A stretch of DNA of 64,000 bases from Balneolales bacterium (GCA_007135115.1 SLJN01000188.1:46-64045), one strand, 5' to 3'; positions 11,843 through 22,708 are shown, counted from the stretch's first letter. Numbers and translations are program-made. Notes: a model not told the origin generated them from the letters alone.

Positions 11843-12496
11843 TTAGTTATTTTCCAGGATGCTTAAATCAAATTTTTTATGGAAGAGCTTGCGAAGGTCA
11901 TTTAATTCAGCCTGGCAAATACCGTGTCCGGCTTCATAATGTTTGTGAGATACCTCCGCCCCGAGATCCTTTAAAATATCACAAGCTTGTTCAGATTTTT
12001 TAGGAGGGATGTATGGGTCTTTACGACCGGAGTTAATTACAAATCGTTGCCCGGAGAGGTCTGAGTTAAATGCTCTCTCTGATTCCAAATGTCCCAAAAA
12101 ACATCCCCGCATAGCTATCACGGCATTAAACGGTCTGGGGTTATCGGTTACGAATTCAAGCAGCAGGTTGGCACCTTGAGAGTGTCCGATTAATGTTATT
12201 TCAGATTCCGGAATATTATAGCGTTTGTATTCATCCAGACATTGCTCTACGATGCTGAAAGAATGAGAAATCTCAGATAGGTTTTGTTCCGGTTCAACAT
12301 TCCAAAAATGGGTGTACCATGCCAATCTATTGCCTTTCATGATTTCAAAAGGCCCATGTGGGAATAAGGCGTAAGATTTTCTTAAGTACAGAGATGAAAA
12401 AACGGGTCTCATCTCAGACCCATCAGATCCACGGCCATGAATGAGTATAACTCCGTGCTCTGCCTCTTCAGGGTTGCAACCCGCAGTGTCGAACAT
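11843..12496 (-). CDS. Alpha/beta hydrolase, phospholipase/carboxylesterase-like
   Basis: 217 aa. N-terminal HG.G motif (ILIHGRGSDG), nucleophile elbow GHSQGA, and C-terminal D/H region (GRKDPYIP ... EAGHGI), typical of the PF02230-type esterase fold. Confidence 0.7.
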   Translation of the reverse strand: MFDTAGCNPEEAEHGVILIHGRGSDGSEMRPVFSSLYLRKSYALFPHGPFEIMKGNRLAWYTHFWNVEPEQNLSEISHSFSIVEQCLDEYKRYNIPESEITLIGHSQGANLLLEFVTDNPRPFNAVIAMRGCFLGHLESERAFNSDLSGQRFVINSGRKDPYIPPKKSEQACDILKDLGAEVSHKHYEAGHGICQAELNDLRKLFHKKFDLSILENN

Positions 12497-12522
12497 AGAT
12501 GGATTTTAATAAGGGATCAGAA

Positions 12523-12834
12523 TCACTGTTCTGATTTTTTCCCCTCACTTATATTTTTGAGTAATTCTTCAGCTTCAGAGATGAGGTCCTCTGCTCGTTT
12601 TTGAGCCTCTTCGACCACAAGTTCGCCTTCTTTTTTAGCGTCTGAAACGATTTGATTTTCGTATCGGATCTTTTCGATCAATCGGGTTAAATCATCAAGG
12701 TAGGTATTGAGTCTGTATGATAATCGATCTCTGGTATGCTCTCCTTTGTCAGGAGCATATAACAACCCTATTGCTGTGCCGATTGCAGCACCTGATAATA
12801 TACCGAATATGAATCCGCTTGATTTCTTGCTCAT
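12523..12834 (-). CDS. YtxH domain protein
   Basis: 103 aa. N-terminal glycine-zipper helix (GFIFGILSGAAIGTAIGLLYAPDKGEHTRDRL) followed by a charged coiled region, the YtxH pattern. Confidence 0.7.
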   Translation of the reverse strand: MSKKSSGFIFGILSGAAIGTAIGLLYAPDKGEHTRDRLSYRLNTYLDDLTRLIEKIRYENQIVSDAKKEGELVVEEAQKRAEDLISEAEELLKNISEGKKSEQ

Positions 12835-12972
12835 AGTAACTCAGATTTAAATACCTATAATTTCTGTAAAGCCAGTTGGTGCAAATGAAGTGAATTTTTA
12901 CCGTATCTGAAATGGTGATCCTATACCTGATTAAGTACGAATTTTTACAATAAAACTCAAAATTTGAGATAA

Positions 12973-15900
12973 TCAGAAATCAGTAGGTTCCCCACTTGCT
13001 AAGTAACGCTTGTATTGCTTAAACCATGCCCGCCGATGTCCTGAAAAACTTACGAAAATCGCGGGTACGATAAATAAGGTGAACAGAGATGCAAAAATAA
13101 GACCACCTATTACGGCGATTGCCAGCGGACTCCATGTTTCAGACCCCATTCCGGTCTGTATTGCAATGGGAAGCATTGAGCCAACGGTGGTGAGCATGGT
13201 CAAAATAATGGGGCGGAATCTTCTTTTGGCTGCACGTATGAGGGATTCCGCATAAGCAAGATAATTTTTGGATTCGACCGCTTTTCGGGTGTACTGATGA
13301 AAAAAGTCGACCATCACAATGCCGTTGTTTACCACGATGCCTATCAGAATAACCATACCAATTCCGGCAGGAACGCTGAATGGAGTTCCGGTAAGATATA
13401 GCATCAAATAGGATCCGAAGAAAGCAAGCGGTACCGTAAACATGATTACAAACGGATCTTTAAGATTTTCAAAAAGGGCAGCCATTACCATATAAGTAAG
13501 AACAATAGCTCCAAGTAAGGCAATAAGTAAACCTAATTGCCCCTCCTGCTCGTCTTGGGCCTGTCCGGTAAACTCATACCGGTAACCTTCAGGCAGTGCA
13601 TAATCTTCTTCCATAAACTCAGCAAAAAGCTGCCGGTACTGAGAGACACTGCCCGCTACGGAGATGTCAAGATCAAGTACCGTTTCCCGGTCACGCCGAA
13701 ATATGCGGGACATACCCTCACTTCGCTCAAGATTACCGAGACTTGCAACGGTCACTCTTCGTTCATCTCGCTGCAACAGATCTAAAGACAAAATATCAGC
13801 TTGAGATCGACGATAAGTTTCATCAAGCCGGAGTTGTATGGGGATTTCGCGTCCTTCACTTCGGTAAAAGCCCATCCGGGTACCGCGTGATTGGGCCTGA
13901 AATGCTTGTGCAACTTCATCCAGTGAACTTTCCAGGTGGGTGATTCGGTGGCGATCAGGAATCAGATGAAGTTCCGGGCGTGGACGCTGTCCGGGGTTGT
14001 CGACCCCAGTGACCAGCGTATCAGCTGAAAGGCGTTCTTCGATATCACCGCTAATGGCCATGAGCCGTTCGCTGTCATCTCCGACAAGGGAGACTCTCAC
14101 ACTCGGTGTGCCCCACTGGCCACCGCCACCTCCACCACCGCCGCCAAAGCCCCCGGCGAAAACATTAACATCAACTCCGGGGTATTGTAAATCCTGCCGG
14201 AACTTTGCTGAGAGCTCCTGAGAAGTTGCTGTCCGTTCATCTTCCGGAACGAGGGTCAGGCTCACACGGCCGCGGTTGGTTTCAGCAGTCCATCCGGCTT
14301 GACCGATATTGGTCACAATGGTTTGAATATTCTCTTCCTCTTCTAACCTCTTGGAAATATCACGAAGTACCTCTGCTGTTTGAAGCAAGGGTGTTCCGGA
14401 CGGAAGCGTTACATTGATGTTTATTTGATCGGCATCACCTTGTGGAAAAAATTCTGTTTCACCTGCTCTCATCAACACAAAGATTCCACCCAGGATAGCC
14501 GCTATTATCAAAAAGTTTATCCACCGATGTGTTAAGTACCACTTTAGCACCCTGGTGTACCCATTTTCCAGGCGAACAATGAGTCGGGCAATAAGATTTG
14601 GTTTAGAAAACGTCTGGCTCTTCAGAAATCTACTGGCCAACATGGGGATCAAAAGAATGGAAGCCAATAAAGAAAGGGATATGGCGAGGCAGATGGTAAG
14701 CGCAAGATCGCGTGCAATTTGACCTGTAATTCCTTCCAGGGTGAGGATCGGTATGAATACACCGAGGGTGGTTAGAGTGGAGCCTAAAAGCGCACCTTTA
14801 ACTTCGTTGGTACCTTCAAGGGTGGCATCAAAAAGTTTTTTCCCGGATTCAAGTTTGGCGACGACACTATCAATTACTACAATAGAGTTGTCGACAAGCA
14901 GGCCAACAGCAAGTGCCAGGCCGGTTATAGAAATGATGTTAAGAGAAATATCAGCAAAATTCATCGCGGCAAAGGTTGCCGTCATTGTGATGGGTATGCT
15001 GAAGGCAACAATCATAGCGCTGCGCCATCCTCCCAGGAAAATAAATAAAGTAACAACTACCAGAATGAGTGCCTGAAAAGCAGAGGAGGTAAGGTTGGAG
15101 ATAGAGTTCTGGATCGTGTTGCCTTCATTGGAAAGCACCTGAATATCTATCCCGGGTGGGACCCGGTCGATGATTTCAGGGATTTCCGCAACCACCGCAT
15201 TTGAAACATCGAGGGTGTTGGCCTCCGACTGTTTTTGAATTTCAATGGTTACGCTATTTCTGCCATTTACTTCGACTATCGAGCTGATGTCCTGGAAGGT
15301 ATCTTTAACTTCGGCAACATCCTTAACGCGAATGGCCCGCCCGTCCTCATAGCGAATGATGGTCTCTCTGATATCATCAATGTTTTCGAACATGGATACT
15401 GCACGAATACTGTAGCTTTGCCGGCCAGCATTAATGCTGCCAATGGGCACTTGCATATTATTTTGACTCATCGCCTGTGAAATCTCTGAGATTTCCATTT
15501 GATGTCTTGCCAATGCCGTGCGGTCCATTTCGAGGTACACCGTGCGTTGCAGACCACCCTGAGTTTCCGCAGATGCCACACCCGGGAGGCGCTCAAAGCG
15601 TGGTTCGATTAACTCTTCAGAAAGCTCTCTGAGATCATCCAGCCCCCGGGTGTCCGAGTTTATACTCATTCGGATGATGGGCATGCTTTCCGGATCAAAC
15701 TGAAAGATATTCGGATCTGTTGACTCACTTGGCAATTGATCTCGAATACGGTCAATGGCTTCTCTCACATCGAGTTCGACACGGTCGGCATTGACTCGTT
15801 CGCCGAGTCGTAGGATGATAAACGCATTGCCTTGCCTTACGTTAGACTCCATGGTTTCCACACCCTGAACAGAACCGATAGCCCCTTCTATGGGCTGCAC

Positions 15901-16110
15901 AACCAACCGGTTCATGTCTTCAGGAGCTACGTCGGAATAGCTCACCGATATGGCCACCACCGGAATCTGGATGGTCGGCATCAGGTTTACTTTGAGTTGA
16001 TTCAGGGAGAATAAACCGAAAGCGATGATCAGAAATGCAACCATCGTAACCGTTACCGGCCGCTTTACAACCGTATTGATTAAACCCGATTTTATTTCAG
16101 GAGCTTTCAT
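12973..16110 (-). CDS. RND efflux permease (AcrB/MdtC-like), second permease of the operon
   Basis: 1,045 aa with 12-TM RND topology and conserved TM4 region (GLALAVGLLVDNSIVVIDS). It contains an unusual poly-Gly insertion (GGFGGGGGGGGGQWG, about nt 14112-14160). Confidence 0.9.
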   Translation of the reverse strand: MKAPEIKSGLINTVVKRPVTVTMVAFLIIAFGLFSLNQLKVNLMPTIQIPVVAISVSYSDVAPEDMNRLVVQPIEGAIGSVQGVETMESNVRQGNAFIILRLGERVNADRVELDVREAIDRIRDQLPSESTDPNIFQFDPESMPIIRMSINSDTRGLDDLRELSEELIEPRFERLPGVASAETQGGLQRTVYLEMDRTALARHQMEISEISQAMSQNNMQVPIGSINAGRQSYSIRAVSMFENIDDIRETIIRYEDGRAIRVKDVAEVKDTFQDISSIVEVNGRNSVTIEIQKQSEANTLDVSNAVVAEIPEIIDRVPPGIDIQVLSNEGNTIQNSISNLTSSAFQALILVVVTLFIFLGGWRSAMIVAFSIPITMTATFAAMNFADISLNIISITGLALAVGLLVDNSIVVIDSVVAKLESGKKLFDATLEGTNEVKGALLGSTLTTLGVFIPILTLEGITGQIARDLALTICLAISLSLLASILLIPMLASRFLKSQTFSKPNLIARLIVRLENGYTRVLKWYLTHRWINFLIIAAILGGIFVLMRAGETEFFPQGDADQININVTLPSGTPLLQTAEVLRDISKRLEEEENIQTIVTNIGQAGWTAETNRGRVSLTLVPEDERTATSQELSAKFRQDLQYPGVDVNVFAGGFGGGGGGGGGQWGTPSVRVSLVGDDSERLMAISGDIEERLSADTLVTGVDNPGQRPRPELHLIPDRHRITHLESSLDEVAQAFQAQSRGTRMGFYRSEGREIPIQLRLDETYRRSQADILSLDLLQRDERRVTVASLGNLERSEGMSRIFRRDRETVLDLDISVAGSVSQYRQLFAEFMEEDYALPEGYRYEFTGQAQDEQEGQLGLLIALLGAIVLTYMVMAALFENLKDPFVIMFTVPLAFFGSYLMLYLTGTPFSVPAGIGMVILIGIVVNNGIVMVDFFHQYTRKAVESKNYLAYAESLIRAAKRRFRPIILTMLTTVGSMLPIAIQTGMGSETWSPLAIAVIGGLIFASLFTLFIVPAIFVSFSGHRRAWFKQYKRYLASGEPTDF

Positions 16111-16112
16111 AT

Positions 16113-19100
16113 CTACTGATTCCCGGATGTAAGCGGATCTTCTTTATTCACGGACTGAAAGCCAAGCTTCTCTACCATGCCGTTAATCAGATAATACAAG
16201 CATGGCACCATCAGCAGCATCAGGAGGGTAGATGCGGTAAGACCCCCGATGACGGTTCGGGCCATCGGGCTCCAGGTTTCGGCTCCTGATCCAAGTTCGA
16301 GGGCAAGGGGAACCATGGCAAGTACCGTGGTGGCTGCGGTCATCAAAATGGGACGAAGTCTTCGGCTGGCGCCGTTTACAACGGCCTCCGTTCGACTCTG
16401 CCCCCGGGATTGCAGTATTTTGATGTAGTCGATCATAACAATCCCGTTGTTCACCACAATACCGGATAGCAGAATCAACCCAATCATCGCCGTGACGCTG
16501 ATGGGCGTTGATGTGACCCAAAGCATGCCTAAAACGCCGGAAAGGGCAAGGGGGATGGTAACGATGATGATAAAGGGTTCAATAAAACTCTCGAATTGAG
16601 AAGCCATCACCATATACGCTAAAATCCCGGCAATTAAAAATGCGATGGCAAGAAAGAAAAATGATTCCTGCTGTTCTTCGGCTGTTCCGCCAATTTCGTA
16701 TCGATAGCCGTCCGGCCAGTCCATTTGGTTCAGGTAGCTGCGCGTCATCTCGGTTGCCCTGCTCAGGTCAACCCCATCAAGTTCGGCGCGAATTTCTGTT
16801 AGTCTTTCCTGGTCCTGCCGCAAGATATTGGAAGGCCCGGACTGCCGTTCGATTCGGGCAAGATTGCTCAACGGCATCCATTCACCGTCGGCATTACGGA
16901 TTTGGATCATTTGCAGGTCCTGCACATCCTTACGCTCTTCTGATACGAGTTGAACACGTACATCAAACTCGATCCCCTGATCCACAAAAGTGGTAGCCGC
17001 ATCACCCTGAACGTTATTACTGATGGCCTGAGCTACCTGCATGGTGTTTAGGCCATTACGCGATATTCTTTCACGGTCGAGGATGACCCGCAGTTCGGGC
17101 CGTCCGTCATCAGCGGTGGAAGTTACGTTGGCAAATTGCGGAAAACCTTGTAATTCGTTACGAACTTGATTTGCCAGTTCGCTGCGAACTTCCGGATCAA
17201 ATCCAAGAATATTCACAACTAAGCCGTCATCACCTTCGGGATTAAGCGGATCTTCACGGCGTTCGGTGATCTGTGCTCCCGGGACTTCTTCCAGTGAGCG
17301 AAGCAAACTGCTTACGATCTCAAACTGTGAGCGATCTCGCTCATTCTGGGGAACCAATTCAACCCGCACAATCCCGTGGTTTCCACCAGGGTTTTCAGCC
17401 CCTTCTACACCGCGTTTATCGCCGTAGTCGGATACTACCAGCCGGGCTTCAGGAACTTCTTCTTCGATGAAGTCTTCCACATCGTAGATGGTTCGTTGTA
17501 ATTCGAACAGGTTCACTCCGGGTTCCCGTTCAACAAACAGGGCGAATGTACCTTCATCAACCGGAGGGAAGAAATCTCCTCCCAGTTTATTATAGATGGG
17601 CAGGGAGGCTGCAAAAATCATAACGGCAGCGAGTACCACCCAACCGCTGTAGGATATTAGTCGATTAAGCGTATTTTTATAATATCGATCCAAAGCTTCA
17701 AAACCGCGCCTTAGAACGTCACTGACGCGATTAAACAATCGAGATAAATATTTACCCAGCCACCGGAAGGGTCGTGCAATGAAGGCGCCCATCAGCAGAA
17801 TAAATAAAGGCAGCGTGGCGATAATCCGTCCGAAAAAAGATCGATCCCGAAATTGCGCTAATTTCTGGTACCAGGTGAAAAATCGTCCCTGTTTGGCTTC
17901 CTGATCTTCTGCTGCAAAAAGCCTTGAGCTAAGGAGCGGGATTATTGTAATCGCAACCAGTGCCGACATCACCAATGCGATGGAAATCGTCAGAGCCAGA
18001 TCACGGAAAAGAAAGCCGGCAATTCCAGGGACAAAAAGGACGGGCAGGAATACCACGATGGTTGTGAGCGTGGACATCGCCACAGGAGTTACAACTTCCT
18101 GTGCGCCGGAAATGGCAGCTTTGTTGCCTTCGTATTTTTCCTCCCGGAATCGAAAGATGTTCTCGAGGACCACCACTGCATTATCTACCACGAGTCCGAC
18201 GGCCAGTGTCAGACCGGATAGTGAAATGATGTTCAGGCTTACATCAGCAAAATTCATAATGCTGAATGTTGCTATGATCGAAACCGGAATGGAAATGGCG
18301 ACAATTAGGGCGGTTCGGCCGCTGCGGAGGAAAAACAGCAAAATGAGTGTAACCAACAGCACAGCTTGTAAACCCGTTAAATAGAGGTTTTGCAGCGAGG
18401 TTTTAATGAAATCTGCACGGTTGGTGAGCACTTCAAGTTCGACATCGGCGGGCAGAACCGATCGAAGGTCGTTCATGTTATCCATGACATTATCTGCCGC
18501 CAATACGACATTCGCATCACTCTGCCTGTTGATGTTAATTATCAGCCCCTCCTGCCCCTGCACATGCACATTACCAATGGGTTGAGCTATACCGTCACGG
18601 ACATCCGCTATATCCCCGAGCATTATAGGCTGTTCGTCCCGAAAATCGACGATAGCCGACCGGAGATCGGTCACATCCCGAAACTCACCGATAGTGCGCA
18701 GGGAGTAGGTCATGTTTCCTTCCTGCAGCTCACCTGCCGGTACCTGAACGTTTTCGTTTTGCAGTACCGAACTGATGCTGGATAGGTCTATATCATGCTG
18801 GCGGAGCTGTTCATTCTTTAGTAATACATTGATTTCACGCTCCAAACCACCCGCCGTTGTAGCGGATGCAACGCCTCCCAGGCGTTCGATACGTTGTTCG
18901 AGCTGTTCGGTAGCCAGGGTGCGCAATTCACGGGAACTGCGCTGATCTGAGCTTAAGGCCAGCACCACAACGGGTTCCTGGTTGGGATCATAAGAGAAAA
19001 TGAACGGAGAATCGGCGTCTTCCGGTAGACTCCGCCGCACGAAATCAATTTGGCGGCGCACCTCGTTTTCAGCAACAAATAAGTCGGTGCCCCACTCAAA

Positions 19101-19385
19101 ATTCAGCTTAAGTACCGAAGCCCCCTGGCTGGAAAGGGACTCCACTCTGCGAAGTCCGCTTACGGTACCGACGGACTCCTCAAGAGGCCGGGCAATAAGA
19201 CTCTCCATGTCTTCCGGCGCCACGCCATCGTAGGTCGTGTAAACGGTGATCGTGGGGAAGGATACATCGGGGTAAAGGTCGAGACGGAGTTGTGTGAGTC
19301 CGTATAACCCAAAGCCGATCAGAATGAGTGCCAGCATTAAAAATGTAACCGGGCGGCGGACGGCAAGTGCTGATAACTTACGCAT
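16113..19385 (-). CDS. RND efflux permease (AcrB/MdtB-like), first permease of the operon
   Basis: 1,090 aa with RND topology and TM4 motif GLTLAVGLVVDNAVVVLEN. It is separated from the downstream permease by 2 nt and from the upstream adaptor by 3 nt. Confidence 0.9.
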   Translation of the reverse strand: MRKLSALAVRRPVTFLMLALILIGFGLYGLTQLRLDLYPDVSFPTITVYTTYDGVAPEDMESLIARPLEESVGTVSGLRRVESLSSQGASVLKLNFEWGTDLFVAENEVRRQIDFVRRSLPEDADSPFIFSYDPNQEPVVVLALSSDQRSSRELRTLATEQLEQRIERLGGVASATTAGGLEREINVLLKNEQLRQHDIDLSSISSVLQNENVQVPAGELQEGNMTYSLRTIGEFRDVTDLRSAIVDFRDEQPIMLGDIADVRDGIAQPIGNVHVQGQEGLIININRQSDANVVLAADNVMDNMNDLRSVLPADVELEVLTNRADFIKTSLQNLYLTGLQAVLLVTLILLFFLRSGRTALIVAISIPVSIIATFSIMNFADVSLNIISLSGLTLAVGLVVDNAVVVLENIFRFREEKYEGNKAAISGAQEVVTPVAMSTLTTIVVFLPVLFVPGIAGFLFRDLALTISIALVMSALVAITIIPLLSSRLFAAEDQEAKQGRFFTWYQKLAQFRDRSFFGRIIATLPLFILLMGAFIARPFRWLGKYLSRLFNRVSDVLRRGFEALDRYYKNTLNRLISYSGWVVLAAVMIFAASLPIYNKLGGDFFPPVDEGTFALFVEREPGVNLFELQRTIYDVEDFIEEEVPEARLVVSDYGDKRGVEGAENPGGNHGIVRVELVPQNERDRSQFEIVSSLLRSLEEVPGAQITERREDPLNPEGDDGLVVNILGFDPEVRSELANQVRNELQGFPQFANVTSTADDGRPELRVILDRERISRNGLNTMQVAQAISNNVQGDAATTFVDQGIEFDVRVQLVSEERKDVQDLQMIQIRNADGEWMPLSNLARIERQSGPSNILRQDQERLTEIRAELDGVDLSRATEMTRSYLNQMDWPDGYRYEIGGTAEEQQESFFFLAIAFLIAGILAYMVMASQFESFIEPFIIIVTIPLALSGVLGMLWVTSTPISVTAMIGLILLSGIVVNNGIVMIDYIKILQSRGQSRTEAVVNGASRRLRPILMTAATTVLAMVPLALELGSGAETWSPMARTVIGGLTASTLLMLLMVPCLYYLINGMVEKLGFQSVNKEDPLTSGNQ

Positions 19386-19388
19386 GGA

Positions 19389-20630
19389 TTACTCTTCCTC
19401 AGATTCTTCCTCGGTTACATCCTGCCGGTCACCGGGTACAGGTTGCTCATCATCTTCGACCTCCCGCTCTTCAGCTTCCTCAAGCGGATCTCCCCGGGTG
19501 ATACGAATGCGTCCCTGATCTTCGAGTCCGGACTGTCCGGTAACGATTAACTTCTCACCTGCCTGAAGTCCGCTCGTGATCTGAACTTCATTACCCTGCT
19601 CAATTCCAAGTTCAACCGTGCGTCGTTCAGCCAGCGTATCGTCTTTTGCAACAAAAGCACTGTATTCCCGGTCGATATCAATCGTATTAGTTTCGGGGTT
19701 TATGCGGGTTTGCACTTGTTCGATTAATGCTGATCGGGGTACAACCACCGATTGAGGTTGCCGGTCAACATCTACTCTGGATTCTACCAAAACGCCGGAA
19801 TAGATGGATGCACCTGGATCGGTTACCGTTACGACGATTTCACCCAGCCCGGTTGTTCGGTCGATATCCGGACTTCGGCGAGAGATTACGCCTTGAGCAT
19901 CAAAATCAGAGTCGCCGGAAGCACGCAAATGTACTTGCTGGTTGATGGAAGTGCGTCTCCACTCCCGCATCGGAATATACAGGCGAACTTCATATCCAAC
20001 GGTTGAGGAAATATCGAATAACTCCTGTCCGGTCGAAGCTAAATCTCCCCTGGATTGATGTCTGCGAGAGACCACGCCATCTACCGGTGAGCGTACTTCC
20101 GTTTTTTTAAGATCTTCCCGGCTTTGTGTAAGAGAAGCTTCCGCTGATTCAAAATCCGCTTGGGTGGATTCATACGTTGAACGAGCTTCATCATATTCTG
20201 AAGCACTGATAGCACCGCGATCGTACAAAGTGCGTTGCCGCTGGTAGGTGGTGCTGTCACGCTCCAGGGCAACTCTGCGCTGTCGCAAGGTAGCCTCGTC
20301 GCTGCGAACATTGTCGCGATATGTGTTATCATAAAGTCGGGCGAGTAAATCCCCTTCGCTGACGGTATCTCCCAAATCAACATGGATTTCGGTAATGCGT
20401 TCACTCAGCTCCGGAACAACCCGAACGAGGTCCTGTGACCGAACCGAGCCATAGGAACGAATCTGATCCACGATTTCTTTGTGTTCAATTTCACTGACTT
20501 CAACAGCCGATCCGCGGTCACCTCCGCCGGGTCCACCCCCTCCTCTGCGCTCTGGTTCCTCTGAATTATTTCCGCTACATGATAGAAGCAGCAGGACGGG
20601 TAAAAGTGCAAGAATGCTTATTTTCCGCAA
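19389..20630 (-). CDS. RND efflux periplasmic adaptor (HlyD/MFP family) lipoprotein
   Basis: 413 aa. Lipobox LLLSC, coiled-coil hairpin region and beta-barrel/MP domains typical of membrane fusion proteins. It has a very acidic C-terminal tail. Confidence 0.85.
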   Translation of the reverse strand: MRKISILALLPVLLLLSCSGNNSEEPERRGGGGPGGGDRGSAVEVSEIEHKEIVDQIRSYGSVRSQDLVRVVPELSERITEIHVDLGDTVSEGDLLARLYDNTYRDNVRSDEATLRQRRVALERDSTTYQRQRTLYDRGAISASEYDEARSTYESTQADFESAEASLTQSREDLKKTEVRSPVDGVVSRRHQSRGDLASTGQELFDISSTVGYEVRLYIPMREWRRTSINQQVHLRASGDSDFDAQGVISRRSPDIDRTTGLGEIVVTVTDPGASIYSGVLVESRVDVDRQPQSVVVPRSALIEQVQTRINPETNTIDIDREYSAFVAKDDTLAERRTVELGIEQGNEVQITSGLQAGEKLIVTGQSGLEDQGRIRITRGDPLEEAEEREVEDDEQPVPGDRQDVTEEESEEE

Positions 20631-20864
20631 AGTAATTTGTATCTTTAATGAAGTGTAGTTTTAAAAGGTTGCTCGCACCTTTGACGAATGGTAGTAACCA
20701 AAGTTTCAGGAATCTTGAACGAGTCTACTAATTTGCTGTACTGTAGCTGAGGTGAGCTTCGTTTGGGTCCCTTTGCTACAGAATGAGCTATTAATCAACA
20801 GGTTTTGATCAAACGATTAAGATCATGATAAAATATACGCACCTCCAAATGCAATCTGCCAAAT

Positions 20865-21530
20865 ATGAAGTTTTTTATTGACACTGCTGACCTTGATGAA
20901 ATCCGAGAAGCAAATGCCATGGGCGTGCTCGATGGAGTGACCACGAATCCATCGTTGTGTGCTAAAATTGGCGTAAAAGATTTTGAAGGCCATATCGCCA
21001 AAATTTGTGATGAAATACATGGAGATGTATCAGCTGAGGTAGTTGGTACAACTTATGATGACATCATGGAAGAAGGGCGGCGCCTCGCTTCAATTGCCGG
21101 CAATGTTGTGGTTAAGGTACCTCTGATTAAAGAGGGTATTAAAGCATTGAAAACATTTTCGGAAGAAGGTATCCGCACCAACTGCACGCTCTGCTTCTCT
21201 GCTCCGCAGGCTCTTGTTGCTGCAAAAGCCGGAGCTACCTATATCTCCCCGTTCATTGGCCGTCTGGATGATATTTCGACCGATGGTATGAATCTGATCG
21301 GTGAGATTGTAAACATGTACACCAATTATGGGTATCAAACCGAAGTGCTTGCTGCGAGTATACGCCATCCCATGCACGTCGTGGAAGCATCCCAGCTCGG
21401 CGCTGATGTTGCGACCATGCCGCTCGGAGTGATCGAAAAACTCATCCAGCACCCGTTGACCGATATCGGATTAGAAAAGTTCCTCGGAGATTGGGAAAAG
21501 CTCCAGCAATCGCTTAAAGAAGAAGCCTGA
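20865..21530 (+). CDS. tal: Short-type transaldolase / fructose-6-phosphate aldolase (TalC/Fsa family)
   Basis: 221 aa. [16 protein letters not shown]...GVTTNPSL N-terminus and KVP..KEG..A...L...GI.TN.T..FS motif containing the Schiff-base lysine. Confidence 0.9.
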   Translation: MKFFIDTADLDEIREANAMGVLDGVTTNPSLCAKIGVKDFEGHIAKICDEIHGDVSAEVVGTTYDDIMEEGRRLASIAGNVVVKVPLIKEGIKALKTFSEEGIRTNCTLCFSAPQALVAAKAGATYISPFIGRLDDISTDGMNLIGEIVNMYTNYGYQTEVLAASIRHPMHVVEASQLGADVATMPLGVIEKLIQHPLTDIGLEKFLGDWEKLQQSLKEEA

Positions 21531-21563
21531 TTTTTTAGGTTATCTTATAGCAGGTAAAACAAG

Positions 21564-21601
21564 GCCGGCAATTTCAATTCGGGAAGTTGCCGGCTTTTTT
21601 T
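21564..21601 (+). terminator. Rho-independent terminator after tal
   Basis: GCCGGCAA / TTGCCGGC stem, 15-nt loop, followed by seven T residues. Confidence 0.75.
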
Positions 21602-21609
21602 GATTAAAA

Positions 21610-22578
21610 ATGCGGATGCGATCTAATCTTGAGAAATATCAGGTACTGATTTATATAGGAGCCATTGTGGCCGGGCTGCTGCTCGGTACTCAGGTGCCGC
21701 AATTTAGTTCTGCACTTGAACTATTCATCTGGCCGGCACTTGGCATATTGCTGTATGCTACATTTACTCAGGTTTCATTTGCTAAGGTTTCAGGCGCTTT
21801 TCGGGATCGGCGATTTATAAATACGGCTCTCATAGGCAACTTTATTTTTATTCCTTTGATAGTCCTGGGTTTGATTACACTTCTACCGGATTCCCCTGCA
21901 ATTCGATTAGGAGTTGCGCTTGTTTTGCTCGTTCCTTGCACGGACTGGTTTATTACGTTTACAAATCTCGGCGGAGGAGATACCGAAAGAGCCATTGCCT
22001 TTTCTCCAGTGAGCCTATTGTTTCAGATTCTGCTTTTGCCGATCTATCTGTTTCTCTTTCTGGGGGATGAATTAACGGTATCTCTGGCTACAGACGAACT
22101 TTTAATCGCATTTACAACCATCATACTTCTCCCCCTTGGTGTTGCCTGGTTTACCCAAAGGTGGGTAAACAAAGAGCCTGAAAAAAGATCCGCGATTATT
22201 GCAGGAATGGTCTGGTTGCCGGTACCCCTCTTGGCATTGGTGATTTTTTTGATAGCGGGGTCTCAGGCTGATGTGATATTTACAGCAAGTTCGCAGCTGA
22301 TTTACCCAGCCATCGTCTTTGTGTTTTTTCTGATTATTTCGGCAGTACTTGCAAAAGTAATGGCAAGATTCACAATGATGCCCAAAGAGGAGGGAAGAGC
22401 ACTGGCATTTAGTTTTGGAAGCCGGAATTCCTTTGTCGTGTTACCGGTGGCGCTGGCATTGCCGGAGTCCTTCGAAATCACAGCATTTATCGTAGTGATG
22501 CAATCCCTTATTGAACTCTTCGGGATGGCGGCCTACCTCTGGATTATTCCGAAAGTTTTATTCAGGGAGAAAGGGTAA
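21610..22578 (+). CDS. ACR3 / bile acid:Na+ symporter superfamily transporter (arsenic-resistance-protein-like)
   Basis: 322 aa with about 9-10 TM helices. Overall pattern, including the LLVPCTDWF segment, resembles proteins annotated as arsenic resistance protein or BASS. The assignment rests on memory of the family only. Confidence 0.5.
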   Translation: MRMRSNLEKYQVLIYIGAIVAGLLLGTQVPQFSSALELFIWPALGILLYATFTQVSFAKVSGAFRDRRFINTALIGNFIFIPLIVLGLITLLPDSPAIRLGVALVLLVPCTDWFITFTNLGGGDTERAIAFSPVSLLFQILLLPIYLFLFLGDELTVSLATDELLIAFTTIILLPLGVAWFTQRWVNKEPEKRSAIIAGMVWLPVPLLALVIFLIAGSQADVIFTASSQLIYPAIVFVFFLIISAVLAKVMARFTMMPKEEGRALAFSFGSRNSFVVLPVALALPESFEITAFIVVMQSLIELFGMAAYLWIIPKVLFREKG

Positions 22579-22708
22579 ATGCAGTAGAAACAACTTTGGG
22601 TTTATTTCCAGACCCGTTACGAGTGGTTTTAAGCCAACGTGCCGGGCTCTAATCACCCGGACACGTTAGCTCTAAATTCAGACAAACACGGGTTAGTCAG
22701 TTAGAAAA

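Noticed and set aside
14112-14160. Poly-Gly coding tract as a possible slipped-strand contingency locus
   Set aside because: It is encoded by mixed GGT/GGC/GGA/GGG codons (CCACCGCCACCTCCACCACCGCCGCC on the plus strand), not a homopolymer or perfect short tandem repeat. Phase variation is therefore unlikely.
1505-19518. Many 60-148-aa ORFs antisense to, or out of frame with, the ribosomal protein, rpoB/rpoC and RND genes (for example 1505-1951, 4520-4840, 5689-6114, 8245-8661, 16183-16521, 17980-18384, 18390-18785)
   Set aside because: All are nested within long, strongly conserved genes and have no family resemblance. They were treated as shadow ORFs.
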